Positions 8,126 to 19,234 of a DNA stretch of 40,211 bases are shown in pieces (position 1 is the stretch's first letter; each line of letters starts with the position of its first letter). This DNA comes from Alphaproteobacteria bacterium (lineage in GTDB: Bacteria; Pseudomonadota; Alphaproteobacteria; UBA6615). The position numbers were made by a program, and so were the translations under genes. The notes beneath the pieces were generated by a model. That model did not search any database. It worked only from the letters and a program-made list of their open reading frames with translations, and was not told where the DNA came from. Location: NCBI GenBank assembly GCA_965261975.1, contig CBDHEC010000033.1:1-40211 (forward strand), in the 5' to 3' direction.

Positions 8126-10855
8126 ATGTCAGGTTCTGCACCCGCCTCCGAAGACCGATCCAAATCTGCCGCCGCGGCATCGCCGATGCTCGCCCAGTGG
8201 CATGCGGCGAAGGAATCCTATCCGGATTGCCTGCTGTTCTTTCGCATGGGCGATTTCTACGAGCTGTTTTTCGATGATGCGGTGGCCGCCGCCGCGGCGC
8301 TGGATATCGCACTGACGTCGCGCGGCCAGCAGGCCGGTGAGCCCGTGCCCATGGCCGGGGTGCCGGTGCACGCCGCCGAACAATATCTGCCGCGCCTGAT
8401 CCGGGCCGGCCACCGGGTCGCCGTGTGCGAACAGATGGAGGCTCCGGCCGAGGCGAAGAAGCGCGGGTCGAAATCCATCGTGCGCCGCGACGTGGTGCGG
8501 GTGATCACACCGGGCACCCTGAGCGAAGACACGCTGCTCGATTCCCGCCGGCACAATTACCTGGCGTCCTGTGCGGATGTGCGCGGTGCGTTCGGGCTGG
8601 CCTGGCTCGATATGTCCACCGGCGAAGTATGGATGCAGCCCATTCCCGCCGCGGGCGGCGCGAACCTGCTGGCGGCCGCGCTGGCCCGCATAGCCCCGGG
8701 CGAAATCCTGGTGCCGGATCGCCTGCTTGAGGCACCGGCGTTCACGGCCCTTTGGGACGAGGTGCGCGACACCCTGACGCCGCTGCCCGCCAGCCGGTTC
8801 GATTCGGTGAACGCCGAAACCCGACTGACCGAGACCTATGGCGTGGGGACACTCGATGCCTTCGGCGAGCCGGGCCGCGCCGAGATCGCGGCGGCGGGCG
8901 CGCTGTTCGACTATCTCGCCCTGACCCAGGTCGACCGGATGCCGCGCCTGTCGCGGCCGCATCGCCTGCCACCACCCGGCAGCGCGGGCGCGGTGATGGA
9001 GATCGACGCGGCGACCCGGCGCAACCTCGAGTTGGCGCAGACCCTGTCGGGTGAACGTAAAGGGTCCTTGCTGTCGGTCATCGACCGAACGATCACAGGC
9101 CCGGGCGCACGACTCCTCGCCGAACGGCTGGCCGCACCTCTTACCGATGTCGCGGCGATCGAAGCGCGGCTCGACGCGGTGGGATATCTGGGTGAGGCGG
9201 TCGCGGCGCGCGAGGATATTCGCGCCACGTTGCGCACCGCACCCGATATGGAGCGCGCGCTGTCGCGGCTCGCGCTCGGCCGCGGCGGGCCGCGTGATCT
9301 GGCGGCATTGCGCGCCGGGCTCGAAGCCGCGGCTGCATTGCGTAACCTGCTCGAAGAGATGTCGGGCGCGCCGGAGACCTTCGGCCGGATCGCGGGCGCG
9401 CTCGGTGATCACGACGCGACAGTGAAACTTTTGAATGCCGCGCTCGCCGCCGACCTGCCTTTGGCGGCCCGCGACGGCGGTTTCATCGCCGCGGGGTACT
9501 CTGCCGAACTCGACGACCAGACGGTCCTGCGCGACGAGAGCCGAAAGCTGATCGCGGGTCTGCAGGCCGAGTATGTCGAGAAGACCGGTGTTGCCAACCT
9601 CAAGGTCAAGCACAACAACGTCCTCGGCTATTTCGTCGAGCTCGCCGCCGCCCATGCCGACCGCATCATGGACAAGGGCAAGGAGGCCGCCGCCGAGGAA
9701 TATGGCCTGATCCACCGGCAGACGATGGCGAACGCCGTGCGCTTCACGACCGTCGAGCTGTCCGAACTCGACGACAAGATTTCGCGCGCCGGTGAGCGCG
9801 CGCTCGCGATCGAACTCGAGCTGTTTCAGTCGCTGACTGACGATGTGCTCGGCGAGGCCGACGACATCGCGACGGCCGCGCGCGCCCTGGCCGAGCTGGA
9901 CGTTGCGGCGGGGCTCGCCGAGCTTGCAGTGGGTGCGCGCTATACCCGGCCGGTCCTGTCGGACAGCCAGGTTTTCAATGTCACCGGGGGGCGTCACCCG
10001 GTGGTCGAGGCGATGTTGGACGACGGGCCGGGCGCGTTTGTCGCCAATGACTGCGACCTGTCGGGCGAAGACCCGGCGGCCGGCCGACTGTGGCTTGTCA
10101 CCGGCCCGAACATGGCCGGTAAATCGACGTTTCTCCGCCAGAACGCCCTGATTGCCATTCTCGCCCAGATCGGCTCCTTCGTGCCGGCGGCGGCGGCCGA
10201 GATCGGCATCGTGGACCGTTTGTTCAGCCGGGTCGGGGCCGCCGACGATCTGGCACGGGGCCGCTCGACCTTCATGGTCGAGATGGTCGAGACGGCCGCG
10301 ATCCTCAATCAGGCGGGCCCGCGCGCGCTCGTGATCCTCGATGAAATCGGTCGCGGCACCGCTACCTTCGACGGGCTGTCGATTGCCTGGGCGACGGTCG
10401 AGCATCTACACGAGCAAAATCGTTGCCGGACATTGTTTGCGACGCACTTCCACGAGCTGACGCGGCTTGCCACGCGTTTGTCGGACATGTCGTGTCATAC
10501 GATGCGGGTGAAGGAATGGAACGACGATATCGTCTTTCTGCACGAGGTCGGGCCGGGTGCGGCCGACCGATCCTATGGCATTCACGTGGGCAAGCTTGCC
10601 GGGCTGCCTCCGGCGGTCGTGGGTCGTGCGGAAGAAGTCCTCCGTTTGCTGGAGGCGGGTGACCAGGCTGGCGCGTTGTCCCGTCTCGTGGATGACCTGC
10701 CCCTGTTTCAGGCTGCCGCCGTGGGAGATCCGCAGCCCGAAGCGCCAGCGCAAGACCCTGTCCGCGAACTTCTGGCCTCGGTCAGTCCCGACGAGCTCAC
10801 GCCCAAGACGGCCCTGGAATTGCTCTACCGCCTGAAGGCAGCACTGGATGATTGA
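8126..10855 (+). CDS. mutS: DNA mismatch repair protein MutS
   Basis: [20 protein letters not shown], Walker [40 protein letters not shown]. Confidence 0.98.
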   Translation: MSGSAPASEDRSKSAAAASPMLAQWHAAKESYPDCLLFFRMGDFYELFFDDAVAAAAALDIALTSRGQQAGEPVPMAGVPVHAAEQYLPRLIRAGHRVAVCEQMEAPAEAKKRGSKSIVRRDVVRVITPGTLSEDTLLDSRRHNYLASCADVRGAFGLAWLDMSTGEVWMQPIPAAGGANLLAAALARIAPGEILVPDRLLEAPAFTALWDEVRDTLTPLPASRFDSVNAETRLTETYGVGTLDAFGEPGRAEIAAAGALFDYLALTQVDRMPRLSRPHRLPPPGSAGAVMEIDAATRRNLELAQTLSGERKGSLLSVIDRTITGPGARLLAERLAAPLTDVAAIEARLDAVGYLGEAVAAREDIRATLRTAPDMERALSRLALGRGGPRDLAALRAGLEAAAALRNLLEEMSGAPETFGRIAGALGDHDATVKLLNAALAADLPLAARDGGFIAAGYSAELDDQTVLRDESRKLIAGLQAEYVEKTGVANLKVKHNNVLGYFVELAAAHADRIMDKGKEAAAEEYGLIHRQTMANAVRFTTVELSELDDKISRAGERALAIELELFQSLTDDVLGEADDIATAARALAELDVAAGLAELAVGARYTRPVLSDSQVFNVTGGRHPVVEAMLDDGPGAFVANDCDLSGEDPAAGRLWLVTGPNMAGKSTFLRQNALIAILAQIGSFVPAAAAEIGIVDRLFSRVGAADDLARGRSTFMVEMVETAAILNQAGPRALVILDEIGRGTATFDGLSIAWATVEHLHEQNRCRTLFATHFHELTRLATRLSDMSCHTMRVKEWNDDIVFLHEVGPGAADRSYGIHVGKLAGLPPAVVGRAEEVLRLLEAGDQAGALSRLVDDLPLFQAAAVGDPQPEAPAQDPVRELLASVSPDELTPKTALELLYRLKAALDD

Positions 10856-12119
10856 TCTGCTCGTTCGCGGTCTGGCGCTCGCCGGCTTCGGGGCAGTGGG
10901 CGACGTGATGCGTCATCGCAGCTTCCGGATCTACCTGATCGGGCACATCCCCAACGTCGTCGGCACCTGGGTGGTCCGCATCTCGATCAGCTGGCTCGCC
11001 TGGGAGCTGACCAAATCCGGTTTCTGGGTGGGGGCCGTGGCGGCCGCCGATGCGCTGCCGGTGCTTTTGTTCGGCCCGATCGGCGGTGTTCTGGCCGACC
11101 GGATGGACCGGCGCAAGATCGCTATCGCAACCCAGGCCACCCTGGTCGTGATCTCGGTTTTCCTGACGGTGTTCACCTTCGCCGGCCTGATGACGATCTG
11201 GCTCTTGCTGGCCATGGCGCTTGCACGGGGTGTGACTTTCTCTTTCTGGCAGCCGGTGCGCCTGGCGTTGATGCCGAACCTGGTGCCGCGCTCGGAAATT
11301 TCCACGGCGATCGCGCTGAATTCCTCGACCTTCAACGCCGCCCAGTTTGTCGGGCCCGCGCTGGCCGCGATCCTCTTGCCGTTGGGCGGGCCGGGGCTCG
11401 CCTTCTTCTTCAACATCTTTGCGGGCGGCGCCATGGTCTGGGCGCTGGCGGCTATCGACGTCCCGCTCCAGGCCGGCAGCAAATCGGCGCGCGGGACCTT
11501 TCTCGGAGATGCGCTGGCGGGCATCCGGTACGGCGCGTCCCATCCTGGAATTGGGCCGATGCTGCTGCTTCTCCTGGCGCTCGGGACGATGATACGGCCC
11601 CTGACCGAGTTACTGTCCGCGCTCGCCGGTTCCGTGTTTCTGCTCGATGTCACCGGTTTCTCTGTTATGGCGTCATCGCTCGGCATCGGTGCGATGGCCG
11701 GTGCGGTCTGGATGCTTCGGCGCGGAAACAAGGACGGCATCACGGAGATTGCGCTCCTCTCAGGCCTGGCCGGCGGGGCCGCGGCATTCCTGATCGTTAC
11801 CGTGGTATGGCTTCCCATCGCCATGGTCTGTCTTGCCGTGCTCGGATTCTCGATGACCAGCGGCGGCATCGCCACCCAGCAGGTCGTCCAGTTTGCCGTG
11901 CCCGACGCGATGCGCGGGCGGGTGTTGGGCCTGTTCGGGATGATTTTCAGGTCCGGCCCGGCGCTCGGGGCGCTGGCCATGGGCCGTATCGGCGATGCGG
12001 TCGGGCTGGGTTGGCCGGTGACCGCCGGGTCCTTGATTGGCCTGGCGATATACACATATGCCTATTCAAGGCGTGCGCGCCTGCGCGCGGCCCTGGAGGC
12101 AGATCCTCCAATCGAATAG
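10848..12119 (+). CDS. MFS transporter (about 12 TM; MFS_3/DHA3-like), substrate unknown
   Basis: [12 protein letters not shown] motif A, RHRSFRIY start, VPDAMRGRV; hydrophobic throughout; 8-bp overlap with the mutS end. Confidence 0.88.
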   Translation: MIDLLVRGLALAGFGAVGDVMRHRSFRIYLIGHIPNVVGTWVVRISISWLAWELTKSGFWVGAVAAADALPVLLFGPIGGVLADRMDRRKIAIATQATLVVISVFLTVFTFAGLMTIWLLLAMALARGVTFSFWQPVRLALMPNLVPRSEISTAIALNSSTFNAAQFVGPALAAILLPLGGPGLAFFFNIFAGGAMVWALAAIDVPLQAGSKSARGTFLGDALAGIRYGASHPGIGPMLLLLLALGTMIRPLTELLSALAGSVFLLDVTGFSVMASSLGIGAMAGAVWMLRRGNKDGITEIALLSGLAGGAAAFLIVTVVWLPIAMVCLAVLGFSMTSGGIATQQVVQFAVPDAMRGRVLGLFGMIFRSGPALGALAMGRIGDAVGLGWPVTAGSLIGLAIYTYAYSRRARLRAALEADPPIE

Positions 12120-12176
12120 CACGACCGGACACGCATCAATTTCATTCAATTACGCACCGTGTAAAACTGCACACCC

Positions 12177-14933
12177 ATGGCCACGCGAAAACGAAAACGC
12201 GACGTAATCGACCGGGCGGCTCTCGAGGCCCGGATTGAAGACGCATGCGCCGATGTGTCGTCGGCGTCGGAACGGCGGCGGATAACCCTCGAATTGCTCA
12301 AGGCTGCGGTCGAGCAGGGCCGGTCACTGGTTCAGGCCCGGTTCGAGGCGGTGGAGATCGACGGCAACGCGGCGAAAGGCGAACTCGCCTTCCTGTTCGA
12401 TCAGGTCATCCGGATCGTCCACGACACGGCGTTGCGCGAGTATCCTGCCGCCAACCCGACCGCGACGGACCGGATGGCGATCGTGGCGGTGGGTGGTTAT
12501 GGCCGCGGTGAGCTGGCGCCCTTCTCGGACATCGATTTGCTGTTTCTGTTTCCCTGGAAGCAGACGGCCCACGGCGAACAGATTGTCGAATATGTCCTCT
12601 ATTTTCTCTGGGACCTGGGATTGAAGGTCGGGCATTCGACGCGTTCTGTCGATGATTGCGTGCGCCTGGCCAAAAGCGACCTGACCATCCGCACCGCACT
12701 CCTGGAGGCCCGCTATCTGTGGGGTGACCAAGCGCTTTACCTGGAGTTCCGCAAGACATTCAGCGACCAGGTGATTTCCGGCGCGGCGATGGAGTTCGTG
12801 AAAGGAAAGCTCGACGAGCGCGACAGCCGCCACGAAAAGATGGGGGACAGCCGCTACTATGTGGAGCCGAATATCAAGGACGGAAAGGGCGGCCTAAGGG
12901 ATCTCCAGACGCTCTACTGGATTGCGAAATTCGCCTACGAGGTCGACAGCGTGAACGACCTCGTCGAACGCGATGTCCTGACGAAGGCCGAGGCGCGCAA
13001 TTTCTCGAAGGATCAGAATTTTCTCTGGAGCGTCCGTTTCCACCTGCATTACCTGTCGGGCCGGCCCGAAGAGCGGCTGACCTTCGACGTGCAGACGCCG
13101 ATCGCCCAGCGCATGGGCTATGCGGACCGGTCCGGCGCGTCGGGCGTCGAGCGCTTCATGAAGCACTACTACATCGTGGCGAAGGATGTCGGCGATTTGA
13201 CCCGTATCTTCTGCGCCGCGATCGAGGCGGAGAATATGAGCCGGCCGATCATTCGGCTGCCGCGATTGCGCCGCCCGCGAGACCTGATGGGATTCACGAT
13301 CGACCGCGATCGGCTGACCGTTGCCGACGACGGACAGTTCGAGCGCGATCCGGTCGCGATGATCCGGCTCTTTTATGTGGCCCACAACGAAGGCCTGGAT
13401 ATCCATCCCCATGCGCTGCGCGTGGTGACCCAGAACCTGAAGCGGATCGACAAGGATGTTCGCGAAGACCCGGAGGCGAACCGCATGTTCGTCGAGATGG
13501 CGTCGTCGATCGATTCGCCCGAGCTGGCGCTCACCCGCATGAACGAGGCCGGCGTCTTTGGTCGCTTTCTGAGGGATTTCGGCCGGGTCGTGGGCCAGAC
13601 CCAGCACGACATGTATCACGTCTACACGGTCGACGAGCACACGATCCAGGCGATCGGGTTGCTGGCCAAAATCGAGCGCGGCGAGTTGGAAAAGGACCAC
13701 CCTGTCTCGAGCGAGGTGATCCACAAGATCGGCTCTCGGCGCGCTCTTTATATGGGCGTGCTGTTCCACGACATCGCCAAGGGCCGCGGCGGGGATCACT
13801 CCGTGCTGGGCGCGCGTGTGGCGAAACGGGTCTGCCCGCGCCTGGGCCTCGACGCCGAGGAAAGCGAGACGGTCGAATGGCTGGTGCGCGAGCATCTGGC
13901 GATGAGCGATGTCGCGCAGAAACGCGATCTGAATGACAGCAAGACCATCATGGACTTTGTCGACCAGGTCCAGTCGCCCGAACGGCTGCGTCTGCTGTTG
14001 TGCCTGACGGTTGTCGATATGCGTGCGACCGGCCCCAATGTCTGGAACAACTGGAAGGCCGAATTGCTGCGCGAACTCTATTACGCAGCGGAGGATGTGA
14101 TGTCGGGCGGGCAGCGCACGAATGCGCGCGGGGCCCGGATTGAAGCGGCGAAATTCGCCCTGCGCGAGGCCCTGGCCGATTGGTCGGATGCGGATATCAA
14201 GGCGCAGTTCGATCGCGGCTATCCCGGCTACTGGCTGACCTTCGACACGGAGACGCTGGCCCATCAGGCGCGCCTGATGCGCACGGCCGAGCAGGAAAAG
14301 CTTCCGCTATCGATCCGCACGCGGGTGCGCGCCGATATCGATGTGACCGAGCTTACGGTCTACACGCAAGACCATCCGGGCCTGTTCTCCCGGATCACGG
14401 GGGCGATCTCGGCGGTCGACGCGAATATCGTCGATGCCAAGGTCTTCACCACGCCGCAGGGCATGGCGCTGGATACATTCTGGCTGCAGGACCGCGATGC
14501 CACGGCCCTTTCGGCGTCAGGCACATTGGCAAAGCTTACCGTCCAGATCGAGCGCGCCTTCGCCGGCGAGATGGACCGCGCCGAACCCGAGGCGGAGCGA
14601 ACCTTCGTGCCGGCGCGCACGAAAGTCTTCACCGTCGCGCCGCGGGTCATCGTCGACAATCAGGCGAGTGCGACCCACACCGTGATCGAGGTCAATGGCC
14701 GCGACCGCCCCGGCTTCCTCTACCTCGTCACGCGCGCGCTTTATGACCTGTCATTGCAGATATCGTCGGCAAAAATCTCGACATTCGGCGAGCGTGCGAT
14801 CGATGTCTTCTATGTCAAAGACGGGTTCGGCATGAAGGTGAGCCACGAGGCGCGGATCGCGGCGATCCGCGAACGCCTGCTGGATGCCATTCGCGAGGAT
14901 GACGGCACCTCGGCCACGGAGGCCGCGGAATAG
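12177..14933 (+). CDS. glnD: [Protein-PII] uridylyltransferase/uridylyl-removing enzyme
   Basis: AVGGYGRGELAPFSDIDLLFL nucleotidyltransferase motif, EPNIKDGKGGLRD, HVYTVDEH, FHDIAKGR (HD), two ACT domains (DHPGLF, DRPGFL). Confidence 0.98.
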   Translation: MATRKRKRDVIDRAALEARIEDACADVSSASERRRITLELLKAAVEQGRSLVQARFEAVEIDGNAAKGELAFLFDQVIRIVHDTALREYPAANPTATDRMAIVAVGGYGRGELAPFSDIDLLFLFPWKQTAHGEQIVEYVLYFLWDLGLKVGHSTRSVDDCVRLAKSDLTIRTALLEARYLWGDQALYLEFRKTFSDQVISGAAMEFVKGKLDERDSRHEKMGDSRYYVEPNIKDGKGGLRDLQTLYWIAKFAYEVDSVNDLVERDVLTKAEARNFSKDQNFLWSVRFHLHYLSGRPEERLTFDVQTPIAQRMGYADRSGASGVERFMKHYYIVAKDVGDLTRIFCAAIEAENMSRPIIRLPRLRRPRDLMGFTIDRDRLTVADDGQFERDPVAMIRLFYVAHNEGLDIHPHALRVVTQNLKRIDKDVREDPEANRMFVEMASSIDSPELALTRMNEAGVFGRFLRDFGRVVGQTQHDMYHVYTVDEHTIQAIGLLAKIERGELEKDHPVSSEVIHKIGSRRALYMGVLFHDIAKGRGGDHSVLGARVAKRVCPRLGLDAEESETVEWLVREHLAMSDVAQKRDLNDSKTIMDFVDQVQSPERLRLLLCLTVVDMRATGPNVWNNWKAELLRELYYAAEDVMSGGQRTNARGARIEAAKFALREALADWSDADIKAQFDRGYPGYWLTFDTETLAHQARLMRTAEQEKLPLSIRTRVRADIDVTELTVYTQDHPGLFSRITGAISAVDANIVDAKVFTTPQGMALDTFWLQDRDATALSASGTLAKLTVQIERAFAGEMDRAEPEAERTFVPARTKVFTVAPRVIVDNQASATHTVIEVNGRDRPGFLYLVTRALYDLSLQISSAKISTFGERAIDVFYVKDGFGMKVSHEARIAAIRERLLDAIREDDGTSATEAAE

Positions 14934-15014
14934 GCATTCCGTCACCAGCGAGCCGCCGGCGCCGGGGGTAAACGCTGCCTTTCCTTCGCCCCGGTTTCCC
15001 GCTAAGAGCGCTCC

Positions 15015-16562
15015 ATGCCACTCTTTCGCGCCATTGCTACGGTCGGCGGCTGGACCATGGGGAGCCGTGTTCTCGGTTTCGTGCGCGACATTTTCATCGC
15101 GGCCTTCCTCGGTGCCGGGCAGATCAGCGACGCGTTCTTCGTCGCGCTTCAGTTTCCCAATATTTTCCGCCGCCTGTTCGCCGAAGGGGCCTTCAATGCC
15201 GCGTTCATACCGCTGTTCGCCGGAGAGCTGACCGAGCATGGCCGCGAAGCAGCGCGCGCCTTTGCCGAGCGGGTCTTCGGGATCATGCTGCTGATCCTGA
15301 TCATACTCAGCGTGCTGGTCGAAATTTTCATGCCCGAGGTCATGGGGGTGGTGGCCGGCGGCTTTGTCGATGAACCAGAAAAGTTCCAGCTGGTCGTCGA
15401 TTTCGCGCGGCTGACCTTTCCCTATCTCCTGTTTGTCTCCCTGTCGGCGATGCTCGGCGGGATTCTGAACACCCTGGAGAAATTCGCCGCCGCCGCCGCC
15501 GCGCCGATCCTGCTGAACATCGTGCTGATCGGCGCCCTGAGCGGGGTGGCGCTCGGCTGGTTGCCGGACCCGGGGCTGGCGTTGAGCTGGGGCGTGTTGC
15601 TTGCCGGTGTGGGCCAGTTCGTCTGGCTGGCCGCCATGTGTTCGCGCACCGGGTTGATGCCGGTCGTGCCGCGGCTGGTGTTCGGCCCCCGGGTGAAGCG
15701 CCTCTTCATTCTGATGGGCCCCGGCATCCTCGGTGCCGGCGTGTACCAGATCAATGTGCTGGTCGGGGTCCGCCTGGCCTCGGAGCTGCCCGAGGGTTCG
15801 GTGTCGTTCCTGTATTTCGCCGACCGGGTGACCCAGCTGCCGCTGGGCGTCGTCGGGGCGGCGGTGGGTATCGCGCTTCTGCCGCTCCTGTCGCGCCAGC
15901 TGAAGGCGGGTGATGCGGACGCCGCGCGCGACAGCCAGAATCGGGCGATCGAGTTCGCGATGCTGCTCACCCTGCCGGCCGCCGCCGCACTGTTGGTCGT
16001 GGCCGATCCGATCGTGACGGTCCTGTTTCAGCGCGGTGCGTTCGACGCGGTTGACGCGGCGGCCACCGGCGCGGCGCTGGCGGCGTTCGCCCTGGGCTTG
16101 CCGGCATATGTGTTGATCAAGGCGCTGGCGCCCGGCTTTTTCGCGCGCGAGGACACGGCGACGCCGGTCAAGATCGCGGCCCTGGCGCTGGTCGTGAACG
16201 TGGCTCTGGCCCTGGCCTTGATGCCCACGCTGGCCCATGTCGGCATCGCGCTGGCGACGGCGGCGTCGGCGTGGATCAATGCGGGCTTGCTGGCCACCCT
16301 TTTATATCGGCGCGGGCTGTTCGAGCCCGACCGACGGCTGATGACGCGATTGCTGCGCATGCTGATTGCCGCGCTGCTGATGGCGGGCGTCCTGTGGTTG
16401 ATCGCCGGCGCGCTGGCCTCGCCGCTCGCACAAAGCGACCTGCCCGGTGTCGCTGCGCTGGTATCGCTGGTGGTGGCCGGGATGGCGGTCTACGGGGCGC
16501 TGGCTCAGCTTCTCAAGGCGACGTCGTTGGCCGAAATGCGATTGATGATTCGCCGCGGCTAG
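15015..16562 (+). CDS. murJ: Lipid II flippase MurJ (MviN)
   Basis: SRVLGFVRD, PNIFRRLFAEGAF, LYFADRVTQLPLG, FFAREDTATPV. Confidence 0.97.
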   Translation: MPLFRAIATVGGWTMGSRVLGFVRDIFIAAFLGAGQISDAFFVALQFPNIFRRLFAEGAFNAAFIPLFAGELTEHGREAARAFAERVFGIMLLILIILSVLVEIFMPEVMGVVAGGFVDEPEKFQLVVDFARLTFPYLLFVSLSAMLGGILNTLEKFAAAAAAPILLNIVLIGALSGVALGWLPDPGLALSWGVLLAGVGQFVWLAAMCSRTGLMPVVPRLVFGPRVKRLFILMGPGILGAGVYQINVLVGVRLASELPEGSVSFLYFADRVTQLPLGVVGAAVGIALLPLLSRQLKAGDADAARDSQNRAIEFAMLLTLPAAAALLVVADPIVTVLFQRGAFDAVDAAATGAALAAFALGLPAYVLIKALAPGFFAREDTATPVKIAALALVVNVALALALMPTLAHVGIALATAASAWINAGLLATLLYRRGLFEPDRRLMTRLLRMLIAALLMAGVLWLIAGALASPLAQSDLPGVAALVSLVVAGMAVYGALAQLLKATSLAEMRLMIRRG

Positions 16563-16574
16563 GTGCCAGCCCGC

Positions 16575-16604
16575 TTGACCTGTCGCGGGCTCGCGGGTCA
16601 TAAC
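16575..16604 (+). promoter_or_regulatory. Candidate sigma70 promoter for trpS
   Basis: TTGACC-N18-CATAAC, upstream of AGGAG RBS and ATG 16658. Confidence 0.45.
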
Positions 16605-16657
16605 GCGCGCCTTCCCTGACACCCTCGGGCGTCCACACCCCCAGGAGCGAACTTGCG

Positions 16658-17689
16658 ATGAGCCGCATATTCTCGGGCGTACAGCCCACCGGTGATCTCC
16701 ACCTCGGAAACTATCTCGGCGCGATCCGGAATTTCGTCGGCCTGCAGGCCGATTTCGAATGCATCTACTGCGTGGTCGACATGCATGCGATCACGGTCTG
16801 GCAGGACCCCAGGCAGCTGGCGCCGCACACCCGCGAAGTGGCGGCGGCGTTCATCGCCTCGGGGATCGACCCCGAGAATTCGATCATCTTCAACCAGAGC
16901 CGGGTGACCGCCCATGCGGAGCTGGCCTGGGTGTTCAACTGCGTGGCGCGGATGGGCTGGCTCAACCGGATGACCCAGTTCAAGGAGAAGGCCGGCAAGC
17001 AGCGCGAGAATGCGAGCGTCGGCCTCTATGTCTATCCGAACCTGATGGCCGCCGACATTCTTGCTTACAAGGCGACCCATGTGCCGGTCGGCGAGGACCA
17101 GAAGCAGCATCTCGAGCTGACCCGCGACATCGCGATCAAGTTCAACAATGATTTCGAGACGGAGTGTTTCCCCGTGGTCGAGCCGCTGATCTTCGGCGAG
17201 GCGACCCGGGTGATGAGCCTGCGCGACGGCACCAAGAAAATGTCCAAGTCAGACCCGTCGGAATATTCGCGGATCAATCTTACCGACGGCGCCGACGACA
17301 TCGCCGGCAAGATCCGCAAGGCCAAGACCGATCCCGGGGAGCTTCCGGGTGCCGAGTCACTGGCCGAAGACGGGGTACATGTCGAACCCGAGGCGGAAAA
17401 GGCGCGGCCCGAAGCCTTCAACCTGTTGTCGATCTATGCCGCGCTTTCCGGCCAGTCGATGGCGGTCACGCTCGACCAGTTTGCCGGCGCCCAGTTCAGC
17501 GCCTTCAAGGGCGAGCTGGTGGATCTGTCCGTCGCCAAGCTGGGGCCGATCGGCGAAGAGATGCAGCGCTTGATGGCGGCCCCCGATCATGTCGACACGG
17601 TCTTGCGCGACGGGGCGGATCGCGCGGCGGCCATCGCCGCGCCGGTCATCAAGGAAGTCCACGAGATCGTCGGGTTCCTGGGCTCGTAG
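16658..17689 (+). CDS. trpS: Tryptophanyl-tRNA synthetase
   Basis: [17 protein letters not shown] (HIGH-like), [25 protein letters not shown]. Confidence 0.98.
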   Translation: MSRIFSGVQPTGDLHLGNYLGAIRNFVGLQADFECIYCVVDMHAITVWQDPRQLAPHTREVAAAFIASGIDPENSIIFNQSRVTAHAELAWVFNCVARMGWLNRMTQFKEKAGKQRENASVGLYVYPNLMAADILAYKATHVPVGEDQKQHLELTRDIAIKFNNDFETECFPVVEPLIFGEATRVMSLRDGTKKMSKSDPSEYSRINLTDGADDIAGKIRKAKTDPGELPGAESLAEDGVHVEPEAEKARPEAFNLLSIYAALSGQSMAVTLDQFAGAQFSAFKGELVDLSVAKLGPIGEEMQRLMAAPDHVDTVLRDGADRAAAIAAPVIKEVHEIVGFLGS

Positions 17690-17708
17690 GGAAACTTACC
17701 CGCGCCGC

Positions 17709-18941
17709 TCAGGCATATTCGGGCAGGGTGAAAATTTCCTGAGGTTCGCGCACGCCGCGCAATGCGTGGAAGCCGAGGTTCTCGCCGGATGCCTCGGCGA
17801 TACGCTGTGACGCCAGGACCGGACGCGCGAGTTTGCGACACATTGCCTCGATCCGCGCGGTCTGATTGACGGCAGGTCCGATCACCGTGAAATCCAGCCG
17901 GTCGGGTCCGCCGATATTCCCGTAGACGACGTTGCCGTGATGCAGCGCGATGCCGAAGCCGATCTCGGGCAGGCCCTTTTCCCGGCGCACGGCGTTGCCG
18001 TCTTCAATTCGCCGGGTCGCGTCGCGGGCCGCGGCCAGGGCCGCCGTTGTTGCCGGTTTCGGTCCGTGCTCGGAATCAACCGGGAAGATGGCGAGTACGG
18101 AATCGCCCATGAACTTCAGCACCTCGCCGCCATGGTCGGCGATGGCGCCCACCACCCGTTCGAAATGATCGTTCAGAATGCCCAGCATCACCGGCGGTGC
18201 GAACTCGTCCGACATCCGCGTGAAATTTCGCAGGTCGGATATCCAGACCACGGATTCGATGGTTTCGTTCACGCCGCGATAGATTTCGCCCTGGAGAACG
18301 CGCTCGCCCGCACTGTGGCCCAGATAGGTGTCCATCAGGTTGCGCGAGATCATGCGCACGGCGAGGATTTCGAGGACCAGTGAGAAGGCGGGCATGAGCT
18401 GGGTAATGCGTGCGATCGCCGCATCGGGGAACCCGCCCGGCACCTTTGTCGCCCAGGAGCAGGCATAGGTCTGTCCGTTGGAGAACGGGATCGGCAGGAT
18501 CACGTAATCGGTGACCCCGTCGGCATCGAGCTCCTCGAGGATCGGGAAGTCGCGAGGACAGTCGGGGTCGAAGAGCCGGCGACGCAGGCCCGGCGAGCCT
18601 TCGAACACATGCCGCACCGGGCTTCGTTGGTAGGCCTCGCTCGACTGGGATTGATGGTCGCCCGTGAACTCCGACATCTCGCCGGTTTCGCCATTCCAGG
18701 CGAATCCGGCCGCGGCGATCTGTGGATGGAGGGTGCGGATCACGATGCTGAGGCGGGTCAGCGGCAGGCCGCAATCCTGGAAACGCCGACCGACTTCACT
18801 GATCAGTGTGGGAAGTGAATCGGCGTAGCGCCCGAAATTCTCGATCCATTCGAATACCGGGCAATCGTAATTCGGGCCCGGCAGAGCCGACGTCGGGCTT
18901 TCGGACGCGTGATTCTCGGACACAAGTGTTTCGCTATCCAC
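17709..18941 (-). CDS. Class III nucleotidyl cyclase (likely adenylate cyclase) with N-terminal GAF-like region
   Basis: SDLRNFT and KFMGDSV (metal-binding Asp, ATP-specifying Lys), GNIGGPDRLDFTVIGPAVNQTARIE; no obvious TM; GTG start uncertain. Confidence 0.9.
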   Translation of the reverse strand: MDSETLVSENHASESPTSALPGPNYDCPVFEWIENFGRYADSLPTLISEVGRRFQDCGLPLTRLSIVIRTLHPQIAAAGFAWNGETGEMSEFTGDHQSQSSEAYQRSPVRHVFEGSPGLRRRLFDPDCPRDFPILEELDADGVTDYVILPIPFSNGQTYACSWATKVPGGFPDAAIARITQLMPAFSLVLEILAVRMISRNLMDTYLGHSAGERVLQGEIYRGVNETIESVVWISDLRNFTRMSDEFAPPVMLGILNDHFERVVGAIADHGGEVLKFMGDSVLAIFPVDSEHGPKPATTAALAAARDATRRIEDGNAVRREKGLPEIGFGIALHHGNVVYGNIGGPDRLDFTVIGPAVNQTARIEAMCRKLARPVLASQRIAEASGENLGFHALRGVREPQEIFTLPEYA

Positions 18942-19234
18942 AGGGGGTTATTCCAGCGTTCGAGTTTTAAAAGGCATTCGCCAACATGCGGCGAACATAG
19001 GGTGTTCTTGCTGTGTTCGCCACTTTGAGGGCTGCGGCGTTAACCCTAACAGGCTCTCGCGTTAACCATTGGGGCCGCAAATCAAGGCTTGATTAATCCG
19101 GAAAACGGCCCAAATTCCCTCACCAACAACGCCCGGACCGTTTAAAGGGTTAACAAGTCCGGACGGGATTCGTTAACACGGGCTCCAGGCCACGCGTTGA
19201 ATGTGGTTTCGACAGGCTAAGAGGCAAGTATCGG

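Noticed and set aside
8129-10405. 758-aa antisense ORF over mutS, and similar long ORFs opposite maeB, glnD, murJ, metK/trmB, nusA and infB
   Set aside because: Shadow ORFs expected from high-GC codon bias; no recognisable motifs and each fully overlaps a confident gene.
12143-12172. Possible NtrC site upstream of glnD (GCACC...TGCA)
   Set aside because: Spacing does not fit TGCAC-N7-GTGCA.
19142-19154. TTAA-aggg-TTAAC as a full CtrA box
   Set aside because: Spacer is 4 nt rather than 7; kept only as part of the half-site array finding.
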